NCBI GenBank assembly: GCA_034678705.1
Contig: JAXDBP010000030.1
Location: 50,162-114,161, forward strand
Reading direction: 5' to 3'
DNA: 64,000 nucleotides
From: Bellilinea sp.
GTDB taxonomy: Bacteria; Chloroflexota; Anaerolineae; Anaerolineales; Anaerolineaceae
This document shows positions 38,118 to 46,305 of this stretch, one piece after another. Under the pieces are notes generated by a model. It was not told where the DNA came from. It worked only from the letters and a program-made list of their open reading frames with translations, and searched no databases. Every line of letters starts with the position of its first letter. The first letter of the stretch is position 1. The position numbers and the translations under genes were made by a program.

Positions 38118-38978
38118 TCACTCGGAATAGACTCTCACCCCGTTGATCAGCGACCAGTGGGTGTGGATGATTCGCCACTGCCCGTCGATCTGCCGGAAGA
38201 CCTCGCTGCAGTTCCACGGCTTGCGCCCGGCGACCGCACCGTCAGGCCTCAGTCGGGTTGAGAGGAAGCGGTAGAACAGCACCGCCATCTTTCCGCAGAC
38301 CCGCACCTGCGGATCGATGAAATCCATCGCCTCGCAGCTAATCTTGCCGGCGCGCCTGGCGTACTCGGCGCTCAGCGCCTCGCGCCCGTCGATGCGCCGC
38401 TCGGTGCCGGTGTCGAAGTAGGTCACATCCGGCGCGCTGATTTCGATGAAGCCCCACGGATCGCCCCGGTCGTAGCGCGCCATCGCCGCGGTTTCGAGCG
38501 CCATCAGCTCGGCCAGCACGCCGCTGTACTCCGTCGGCTCCGAACGGACCGGTAGCGGTACCTCCACCAGATCGGGCTGGCGGTGTCTGACATACGACCA
38601 GTGGGTGTGGACAATCTGCCACTGCCCGTTTCGCCGAAAATAGACCTCGGTCGCGTTCCAGTGGTTCTGACCTTTAACCGTCCCGTCCGGATTCGTGGCG
38701 GTCGAGCGGTAGTTGTAGCTGAGCAGCGCTGCGTCGCCGGCGGTCACCACCCTGGGCAGAAGGAATTCGGAGATCTGGTAATTGACCTTGCCGCGAACCG
38801 GATCCATGTATGCCCTGTACGCCTCCAGGTCGAGGATCGGTCTGGTCAGGCCCGGGTCGACGTAGAGGATGTCCTCGGCGCTGAGCTCGACAAAGCCCCA
38901 CGGATCGCCGCACCGCCAGCGTTCCATGGCGGAGTTTTCGAGAGAGAGGATCAGGTTTTCCATCATTGGCGCCTCCAA
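38118..38978 (-). CDS. Tandem NTF2-like (SnoaL/DUF4440) domain protein
   Basis: Internal duplication: ...RWRCGDPWGFVELSAEDILY... and ...RYDRGDPWGFIEISAPDVTY... Confidence 0.7.
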   Translation of the reverse strand: MEAPMMENLILSLENSAMERWRCGDPWGFVELSAEDILYVDPGLTRPILDLEAYRAYMDPVRGKVNYQISEFLLPRVVTAGDAALLSYNYRSTATNPDGTVKGQNHWNATEVYFRRNGQWQIVHTHWSYVRHRQPDLVEVPLPVRSEPTEYSGVLAELMALETAAMARYDRGDPWGFIEISAPDVTYFDTGTERRIDGREALSAEYARRAGKISCEAMDFIDPQVRVCGKMAVLFYRFLSTRLRPDGAVAGRKPWNCSEVFRQIDGQWRIIHTHWSLINGVRVYSE

Positions 38979-39107
38979 TATAGAAAATTATTTCTATATA
39001 TTATACCATCCTGTCCATTTTCTCAGCAAGAGGTAATTAATTGGGCGCAGGGATCGATATGCATGGGAGTACGGGAAATTCCCCCTGCGTCGGTGGACAT
39101 TCCTTGT

Positions 39108-39608
39108 TTATATATCCTGCCCGTTGATCGTCTGCTTCACCGTCACCGGCACAGAGCCCATCAGCGCCTTCTCGGTGAAGCACATCTGCCGCGCCAGGCG
39201 AATCAGCTCGGTGATCTGCTCCGCCGGCTCATCCGATTCGATCGAGATTTCCACCTCGAAGCCGTCGCAAAAGCCCTCGGCGTCGCCGCGCAGCACCGAG
39301 CCCTGCTCGTGAAAGTGGGCTGTGACCCGTACGTGATCCTTGCGGAGGGTCAGCTTGCGTTTTGCCGCAACCTGCGACAAATGCGAACTCAGTCAAAGCG
39401 CCATGCCGGCGGTGAAGTAGGTCAGCGGGGTGGGCGCGGTGCCCTCGCCGCCGGGCATGTAGCTGCCCTCGTCGCTGATGAAGGCATAGCTGCGCCCGGT
39501 CTCCGGCTGCCCGGCGATGACCTGTTTGCGCCATTTTTCGATCGAGCTGGCTTCGGCCACCACCTTAATGTCGCGGAAGCCCGCCGGTGGTTTTTCGTCA
39601 TTGATCAT
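39108..39608 (-). CDS. OsmC-family protein with in-frame TGA (candidate selenocysteine) at the first catalytic Cys position
   Basis: ORFs 39393..39608 and 39108..39380 are in the same frame, separated by TGA (39393-39395) plus 4 codons. The joined protein reads APTPLTYFTAGMAL-U-LSSHLS ... ARQMCFTEKAL. Confidence 0.6.
39361..39381 (-). other. Candidate bacterial SECIS hairpin
   Basis: UUUGUCGCA-GGU-UGCGGCAAA, a perfect 9-bp stem starting 12 nt after the UGA, with the apical GGU 21-23 nt downstream. Confidence 0.5.
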
Positions 39609-39837
39609 GATGCCTCCAACCTCTCCTGTTATTTTAACGCGAGTCAGCTTTTAACGGGTCTCCCGGCGGCGATAAAATCATCCAGCAAGCGCTATTTCTC
39701 ATCTGAATATTAATCTTAAGAAAAGGTTCCTGTGGTATGATAGCCCTGTTTGTGCAGGAATTTGATTAATAACATCCGGTAGTCGTCTGTCACTCATTCT
39801 TCCTGCGTCTGTGATTTTACGATTAAGGGAGAGAGAA

Positions 39838-40716
39838 ATGACCATGAAGATAGTGACCGACACCGGTTGCGATATTCCAGCCGAGAAGGCGGATGCGCTT
39901 GGGATCATCCGCGTGCCATTCAGCCTGACCTTCGCCGGCGCCACCCACACCAGCGACAGCCTGGATCCGGCAGTTTTCTACAAAATGCTCAAGGACAATC
40001 CTGATCTTTACCCGACCACTTCTCAGCCATCCGCCGGACAGTTCGTCGAGGTCTACGAAAAGCTGGTCAAGGAGGGGCATGAGATCCTCTCCCTGCATAT
40101 TTCCTCGGCTCTGAGCGGTACCTACAACTCGGCGGTCGCTGCCGCGGAGATCATCCGCCAGCGGTACCAGGACGCCAAAATCCACCTGTGGGATACCCGC
40201 ACCCTCTCGGTTGCCGAGGGCTGGCAGGTGCTGGCAGCCGCCAGCCTGCTCCGCGCAGGCAAAGGGCTGGAGGAGGTCGAAGCCACCCTGAGCCGGCTGC
40301 GCGAGAATGTCCGCTTCTTTTTCACCCTCGACACGCTCAAATACCTGATCCACGGCGGACGAATCAGCCACATCAAAGGCTTGATGGCCTCGCTGCTCAA
40401 CATCCGCCCGATCATCACGGTCAATCCGGAAGGCAGGTACGCCGAGACCGGCAAGTTTGTTTCCTTCCGCCGCGCCTTGCAGGGACTCGTCCCCACCGTG
40501 CGCGGATTGTTCGACCAGGCGCGCGAACTGCGCGTCCACGTCGTTCACGGCGATAATCCCGAGGGCGTTTCCAGCCTGATTGCCCACCTGGCCGAGAGCT
40601 TCCGCTGCCGCTTCGATCCGGTTCTGCGCGGAGACGTGGTCCTGGGCGCCCATACCGGCGAGAGCATCGTCGGCATGGCGGTCGGTTACGCCGAGGACCT
40701 GGCTCTGGTGGCTTAA
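39838..40716 (+). CDS. DegV family protein (second copy)
   Basis: MKIVTDTGCDIP... DegV layout. Start at ATG 39838. Confidence 0.85.
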   Translation: MTMKIVTDTGCDIPAEKADALGIIRVPFSLTFAGATHTSDSLDPAVFYKMLKDNPDLYPTTSQPSAGQFVEVYEKLVKEGHEILSLHISSALSGTYNSAVAAAEIIRQRYQDAKIHLWDTRTLSVAEGWQVLAAASLLRAGKGLEEVEATLSRLRENVRFFFTLDTLKYLIHGGRISHIKGLMASLLNIRPIITVNPEGRYAETGKFVSFRRALQGLVPTVRGLFDQARELRVHVVHGDNPEGVSSLIAHLAESFRCRFDPVLRGDVVLGAHTGESIVGMAVGYAEDLALVA

Positions 40717-40739
40717 CCGCCCAGATTCGGCGATCTAAA

Positions 40740-42335
40740 TCACGCCGCCAGCGCTTTGACCAGATACAGCTCCCCGCATTCAAATCCGCGCGCCTGGTAG
40801 TAGCGCCGCGTTCCGATGGCGGCGATGACCGCCAGGCGCTCGAACCCTGCCGCGCGCGCGACCTGCTCGGCTTCGGTCAGCAGGCGCGTGCCCAGGCCGC
40901 TGTGCTGGGCTGCCCCCTGCTGATCCACCCCCACCGGCAGCGACTGCCCGTAGACGTGCACCTCGCGGATCAGCGCTGCGCCCTCCAGGTCGCTCAGGTC
41001 AAGCTTGGGCGCGCCCGGCTGCGGCAGCGAGAGGCGCAGGTAGCCGGCGATCCTGCCCTGCGGCGTGCGGAAGTGGAGGAAGTGCTCCTCGGCGGCCTCG
41101 GCCGGGTAGGTCAGGTCGTGCAGTGACACCGCCCGCGGGTCGATCGGCTCGCCGCGCACCTCGTGACAGCGGATGCAGCCGCAGGCCTGCCCGCGCCGGG
41201 CCAGCTCGGCCTGCACGTCCATGCGCAGGCTGGTGCGTTTGTTGCCGGCTACCACGTGGGTCGAGGGGATGTCGCGGATCACCCGGTTGACCCGGCAGTA
41301 GGCCGGGATGCCCGGCTTGAGCTCGGCGATCAGCTCGATTAATTCCTCAGTGGCGTAGGGCCGGTACTCGCCGCGCTGCCAGTGCGCGTGCAGTTCGGTG
41401 CCCTCCAGCAGCTGGCAGGGGTAGATCTTGATCTCGTCCGGGCAATAGCCCTGCCACAGCCGGGCAAAGTCGGCCCGGTCGGATTCGAGCGTCGCGCCGA
41501 GCAGGTTGGGCATCCAGTGCAGCACCACCTTGAAGCCCGCCGTGCGCAGCAGGGCGCAGGCATGCAGCGTCTGCGCGGCGCTGTGACCGCGCTGGTTCAG
41601 CTCCAGGATGCGGTCGTCCAGCGACTGCGCGCCCATCTGCACCTTGGTTACCCCCAGGTAGCGCAGCCAGGCGATCTCTTTTGGCGTGATCTCGTCCGGG
41701 CGGGTCTCGATCACCAGCCCGACGTTGCGCTGAGCGGCGGTCTCGTTCAGGCGCTGAGCCTCATCCAGGGTAGCGGAATCGACCCCGTTCATCGCGTCGA
41801 AGCAGCGCTGCACGAACCACTCCTGATAGTCGCGCCGATAGGCGCTCCAGGTGCCGCCCAGGATGAGCAGCTCGATCTTGTCAGTCGGGTGGCCGTTGGC
41901 CGCCAGAGCCTGGATGCGGCTGGCGACCTGTGCGTAGGGGTCGAAGCCGTGCTGGACGGCGCGCGCCGCGCCGGGCTCGTCCGGCAGGTAGCTCTTCGGC
42001 AGGCGCACGTCGTCCGGGCAGAAGATGCATTTGCCCGGGCAGGGGTAGGGCTTGGTCAGCACCGTCACCGTGGTCACGCCCGAGAGCGTGCGCACCGGCT
42101 TCATACGGATGCGCCCGAGCAACTCAAGATCGGGCGCCAGCTCGCCGGCGGCGACCAGCTCGTGATAGGCTGCCACCAGCATCGACTTGGACAGATAGCC
42201 GCCGCCCGGCAGGGGATGCCGGCGCAACGCCTGGAAGGCGTCCTGCCCGCGGTGCACTTCGTCCAGCACGTCGCGGGCGGCGGACAGTTTATCGGCGGTC
42301 AGCTGGCGGGTTTGCTGCCAGTGGTCCTTGTCCAT
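40740..42335 (-). CDS. elp3: Elp3-type radical SAM/GNAT tRNA uridine(34) modification enzyme
   Basis: KPVRTLSGVTTVTVLTKPYPCPGKCIFCP radical-SAM cluster. C-terminal REVHVYG...QHSGLGTRLL...IGTRRYYQARGF acetyltransferase domain. Confidence 0.9.
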   Translation of the reverse strand: MDKDHWQQTRQLTADKLSAARDVLDEVHRGQDAFQALRRHPLPGGGYLSKSMLVAAYHELVAAGELAPDLELLGRIRMKPVRTLSGVTTVTVLTKPYPCPGKCIFCPDDVRLPKSYLPDEPGAARAVQHGFDPYAQVASRIQALAANGHPTDKIELLILGGTWSAYRRDYQEWFVQRCFDAMNGVDSATLDEAQRLNETAAQRNVGLVIETRPDEITPKEIAWLRYLGVTKVQMGAQSLDDRILELNQRGHSAAQTLHACALLRTAGFKVVLHWMPNLLGATLESDRADFARLWQGYCPDEIKIYPCQLLEGTELHAHWQRGEYRPYATEELIELIAELKPGIPAYCRVNRVIRDIPSTHVVAGNKRTSLRMDVQAELARRGQACGCIRCHEVRGEPIDPRAVSLHDLTYPAEAAEEHFLHFRTPQGRIAGYLRLSLPQPGAPKLDLSDLEGAALIREVHVYGQSLPVGVDQQGAAQHSGLGTRLLTEAEQVARAAGFERLAVIAAIGTRRYYQARGFECGELYLVKALAA

Positions 42336-42416
42336 TTTGGAATGCTATCCTGTACGTTCGACATCGACGCGGTTGGCGGTTTTAGCAGCGGCGCGGCTGT
42401 GATATAGTTGCTCTAG

Positions 42417-43169
42417 ATGGAAATCAGCGTCGTCAATCAACTCCTCGAGCTTAACCGAAGATTCTACCAGACTTTCGGGCCGGCCTTCGCCGCCACCCGC
42501 CGGCGCATCCAGCCGGGCGTGCGCCGGGTGATCGCCGGGCTGCCGGTCGGGGCGCGCCTGCTCGACCTGGGCTGCGGTTCGGGCGCGCTGGCGCTCGAGC
42601 TCGACCGGCTCTGGCCAACCGGCAGTTACCTCGGCCTGGATTCCAGCGCCGAGCTGCTGGCCGCCGCCCGCGCCGCGCTGCGCCAGGCCAAACCCGGCGG
42701 CGTGGACGTCCGCTTCGCCCGCGCCGACCTGGCCGACCCGGGCTGGGTCGAGCTGGCCGCCGCCCAGCCAATCGACGCCTGCCTGGCCTTCGCCGTGCTG
42801 CACCACCTGCCCGGCGCGGATCTGCGCGAGCGGCTGCTGCGCCAGGTGAATGTGCTGCTGCCGGAAGGCGGGCTGTTCATCCATTCCGAGTGGCAATTGC
42901 AACACTCGCCGCGCCTGTTAAAACGTGTCCAGCCGTGGATCGCGGTTGGCCTGAGCGAAGCAGACGTCGACCCCGGCGACACGCTGATCGACTGGCGCTT
43001 TGCCCTGCCTGGGCAGGATGAGCAGGTCGGTTTGCGCTACGTGCACATCTTCACGCCGGAGGAGCTGGCCGAGCTGGCCGCCCGGACGGACTTCGAAGTG
43101 AGGTCGACTTTCGAGTCCGACGGCGAGGGGGGCAGGTTAGGGCTGTATCAGGTGTGGAGGAAATCGTAG
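42417..43169 (+). CDS. Class I SAM-dependent methyltransferase, Trm9/ALKBH8-like
   Basis: FYQTFGPAFAATRRRIQPGV, LLDLGCGSG, FAVLHHLPGADLRERLL and LRYVHIFTPEELAEL blocks. Confidence 0.7.
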   Translation: MEISVVNQLLELNRRFYQTFGPAFAATRRRIQPGVRRVIAGLPVGARLLDLGCGSGALALELDRLWPTGSYLGLDSSAELLAAARAALRQAKPGGVDVRFARADLADPGWVELAAAQPIDACLAFAVLHHLPGADLRERLLRQVNVLLPEGGLFIHSEWQLQHSPRLLKRVQPWIAVGLSEADVDPGDTLIDWRFALPGQDEQVGLRYVHIFTPEELAELAARTDFEVRSTFESDGEGGRLGLYQVWRKS

Positions 43170-43198
43170 GGTACGTACAAATCCGGAACGCACCCTAC
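43166..43198. repeat. GTAG-type REP hairpin (variant)
   Basis: GTAGGGTACG...CGCACCCTAC inverted arms. Confidence 0.6.
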
Positions 43199-43298
43199 AA
43201 GGCGACCACCCGGAGGGGAATCGAGGTGCGCGTAACTCTGTGACCTCTGTGTGCTCCGTGGTGTATTTTTCGCCGCACTACGAAAACTCCAGCAGCTC

Positions 43299-43321
43299 GT
43301 AGGGTGCGTCGCTGACGCACC
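43299..43321. repeat. GTAG-type REP hairpin
   Basis: GTAGGGTGCGTCGCTGACGCACC. The exact reverse complement recurs at 44050-44072. Confidence 0.8.
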
Positions 43322-43369
43322 ACCAAGTTTACTCGCCATATCCCCATTCCCATTGGATATCCCCCGCCG

Positions 43370-43921
43370 TCACTCGGCGCGTGCCATTCGCATGACCCCT
43401 TCATCTATTTCATCACCCCAATCAACAGAATAATATCCCATTCGAACATAACGGTGAAAACTTGACCAGGGCCAATCTCTGACGCTTTGGACAAGGCCGT
43501 GTTTTACCGGATTGTAGTGGATATATTCAATGTGCTTTTCCAAATCCAGGTCATCCCGAATCTTGTGTTCCCAAAACCGGCGCTGCCAAATCGCGGCCTC
43601 ATTTCGTTTTTGACGCGATTCATTCCTGTGCTCTCCCGTACCAATTTCGGCCAAAAAATCTTTTGTAAATAATCGTTTAATCTCTTTCCAGCGGACTGAA
43701 TAATTCGAGTCCGCTTCCGGTAAAGTCCAAATACAATGGAGATGGTCGGGTAATAGACAGATTGCGTCCAGGCTAAAAGGAAAACGTTTCATCACGTCCT
43801 TCCATACGCGATGCAATATCCTCCTTGCGGGTTCGGAGGTGAGAATTGGCTGCCTGGCGAAGGTGACAACCGTGAAGAAGTAGGTTCCACCATCAACTCG
43901 TGATCGGCGATATTCTGGCAT
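43370..43921 (-). CDS. REP-associated tyrosine transposase (RAYT, IS200-like Y1/HUH)
   Basis: HUH DHLHCIW. WQRRFWEHKIRDD and YIHYNPVKHGLV. Flanked by inverted REPs. No tnpB. Confidence 0.8.
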   Translation of the reverse strand: MPEYRRSRVDGGTYFFTVVTFARQPILTSEPARRILHRVWKDVMKRFPFSLDAICLLPDHLHCIWTLPEADSNYSVRWKEIKRLFTKDFLAEIGTGEHRNESRQKRNEAAIWQRRFWEHKIRDDLDLEKHIEYIHYNPVKHGLVQSVRDWPWSSFHRYVRMGYYSVDWGDEIDEGVMRMARAE

Positions 43922-44049
43922 TTTGTTAAGGATTGGATAGAAAGAGATGCAAAATTCGTTTGAGAAAGTACCAATAACCCCGCTGAATCAGTAATACCTA
44001 TATTATATGATAACTGTCTAGGATGATACTGTCCAGGAAGAGGCAAGAT

Positions 44050-44072
44050 GGTGCGTCAGCGACGCACCCTAC
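44050..44072. repeat. GTAG-type REP hairpin (inverted copy)
   Basis: GGTGCGTCAGCGACGCACCCTAC. Confidence 0.8.
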
Positions 44073-44473
44073 AATACTACAATACTGTTCCGCTCCAGCG
44101 TCCCCACATTTTGTGGATATATTTGCGCCGTTCGTTCACATTCATCGGGTCTGTTTCGGACATCGTAGGCCTCAGTAACATTTTCTTTTGACCTAACGAT
44201 TGTATTTCGGTAACATTTTATGTGAACTAACGCGAATCATATGCATTTTGGTACTTTAGTAGTAAAATAAAATGTTAGGAAGATATTGGTAATAATTTAC
44301 GGGGTATGGTTACCAATAGAATCATTGGTTCCTCAAATTAATATGGTGATTGCAAAATGGTAATTGCCGAGTTTAATTACGAAGCACCTCATTATAGATA
44401 CCTTATCTGACCTCGCGCTAAGAGTTATTTGCGGTTAGCTATGAATTGGTAAGCATGCCTCAAATGGTAGAAC

Positions 44474-45121
44474 ATGGCAATCCGAATTTTGATTGCGGAT
44501 GGTTATGGATTTTCGAGGGCGGGTATCCGTTACACGCTATCTACATACCAACATCAAGAAATATTGGGGGAGGTAACTAACAGTGAAATGACTATTAATT
44601 TGGTGAAGGAATTAAAACCCGATATTTTACTATTTGATATCAATATATTTGGATTGAATGTAAGTGATATATTATCAAGGCTTATAAAAAGTAATCCTTC
44701 GACACGGGTGATTGTTTTAGCAGCATATGATGATCGCTATTTTGTATTGGATATATTACGTGCCGGAATTAAAGGCTATATATCCAAAGAAGATGATCCC
44801 GAAGATTTATTAAAGGCGATATCTGTAGTGATGGATGGTAAAACTTGGCTGAGTCCAAAAGTCTCAGCAATGGTCATTAATAATCTCGATGGAGCAAAAT
44901 CCGGGGATAAATCTTTAATGTTAAGTGCAAGGGAAATTATGATTTTACGCCTATTATGTAAAGGCTACCGTAGTAAAGTTATTGGGAGCGAACTTGGAAT
45001 TTCTAAACGTACTGTGGATTATTATATTGGAAGAATAATTCGAATACTCGGTGTAAAAAACAGAGCAGAGGCAGTAGCCAAAGCAATTCATCTTGGTTTG
45101 ATCACGTGGTTTGATTTATAG
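44474..45121 (+). CDS. NarL/FixJ (LuxR-type HTH) response regulator, orphan
   Basis: Receiver domain (ILIADG..., DILLFDI, GIKGYISK) plus C-terminal LSAREIMILRLLCKGYRSKVIGSELGISKRTVDYY HTH. Confidence 0.85.
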   Translation: MAIRILIADGYGFSRAGIRYTLSTYQHQEILGEVTNSEMTINLVKELKPDILLFDINIFGLNVSDILSRLIKSNPSTRVIVLAAYDDRYFVLDILRAGIKGYISKEDDPEDLLKAISVVMDGKTWLSPKVSAMVINNLDGAKSGDKSLMLSAREIMILRLLCKGYRSKVIGSELGISKRTVDYYIGRIIRILGVKNRAEAVAKAIHLGLITWFDL

Positions 45122-45196
45122 CAAAAAAGCGCTCGTTCACGGCGAGAGCTTTTTCGTTACACTGAGTAGAGCCCATATTAGCCCAATTACCCCGAA

Positions 45197-45400
45197 TCAT
45201 TTACCCGGTCTTTTTCGTTTATCTAATGTGGCAATAATCGCCGCGACTGCCCCAATGTAAGGAATTAATAATATCGTTAGAATCCAAATAGCTCGAGCAG
45301 AATCTGATAAATCACGAAATCGAATGATCCAGTAGATAGCAATTGAGCATATTAATACCCAGGTGATTGCCAGAAAAGGATAATAAAAGACCCCTGCCAT
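45197..45400 (-). CDS. Small membrane protein, PLD-N-terminal-like
   Basis: 67 aa with two TM helices. ARAIWILTILLIPYIGAVAAIIA. Confidence 0.5.
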   Translation of the reverse strand: MAGVFYYPFLAITWVLICSIAIYWIIRFRDLSDSARAIWILTILLIPYIGAVAAIIATLDKRKRPGK

Positions 45401-45497
45401 AACTTATATCCTAAGTAGAAGACGAGTCATTGGCAATAGGTACCGCTTGTTGTTACGTACAACTTTGATACAACATATTGTGAATAGACATCTTCGA

Positions 45498-46106
45498 TCA
45501 AAGTTGTTTTAATACCCCGCTTGCTTGTACATAGCCTGAATAAGAAAAATATGTACCAAGACTGGGATATGAATACTGGCTTAAGTTTTCCCATTGATGG
45601 AACGGTCCTGCATAAGTGCCTGACATATCCATCTGGTAGAAGGTGGCCGGTGCTACTGCTCTCCATGGATTCCAATACGCAATATACGCCCGATTATATA
45701 GTTCTCCAACCACACCTAATATCGGTCTCGATAATTGAATTCCACACACTTGCCATGTAGTCCAATAATCAGCAGCCGGAATAATTTTAGTATTATATTG
45801 ACTTATTAACAATGAGGCGCTATAAAAAGGTACCACATAAGATGTAACAATAACAAAAGTATCCGTGTCGTTAAGGCGATATGTGACTTGATTTCCAGGT
45901 GTTACTCGGATTGGACGATTGTTAATATCGTTTATTAATATCGCCTCTATATTATAATCTTGATCAGGAGCAGATTGAGGGACAGGATTTGATTTAAAGG
46001 CTGAAACTGAATGTTTTGGTAAACAAATCGCGATTAGAATTATTATTAATACTACAGAAAATATGTTCCTTACGGCATTGTTCTTGCCCAATCTTCCCTC
46101 CTTCAT
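45498..46106 (-). CDS. Hypothetical secreted/anchored protein
   Basis: Start at MKEGRLG after GGAGGGA. N-terminal hydrophobic anchor. Aromatic-rich. AT-rich codon usage. Confidence 0.5.
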   Translation of the reverse strand: MKEGRLGKNNAVRNIFSVVLIIILIAICLPKHSVSAFKSNPVPQSAPDQDYNIEAILINDINNRPIRVTPGNQVTYRLNDTDTFVIVTSYVVPFYSASLLISQYNTKIIPAADYWTTWQVCGIQLSRPILGVVGELYNRAYIAYWNPWRAVAPATFYQMDMSGTYAGPFHQWENLSQYSYPSLGTYFSYSGYVQASGVLKQL

Positions 46107-46305
46107 GGCGAAGGGACAATTTGTTTTCACTACTTTTGTCCTATATACAATTCTATACAAAGCCCTGTGATACATCAATGTCAAAATTACCAATCCCCTG
46201 TCAAATTTGTATCAATTTTTCTCAATCGGAGTTCTATGGTGCAGTGGCGCGCTGCGGTTCGTGCGCCACAATGACCCTTGAGCAGCGCCACTGCATCCTA
46301 CGGTT

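Noticed and set aside
39108-39608. Plain nonsense-mutated OsmC pseudogene, as an alternative to the selenoprotein reading
   Set aside because: This is not fully rejected. It is disfavoured because the single stop is TGA exactly at the catalytic Cys codon, both halves are otherwise intact and in frame, and a well-placed SECIS-like hairpin follows. It remains the null hypothesis if the genome lacks sel genes.
43370-43921. Complete IS200/IS605 insertion sequence
   Set aside because: There is no tnpB/accessory ORF. The gene is flanked by short GTAG hairpins, not IS ends, which fits a RAYT better.
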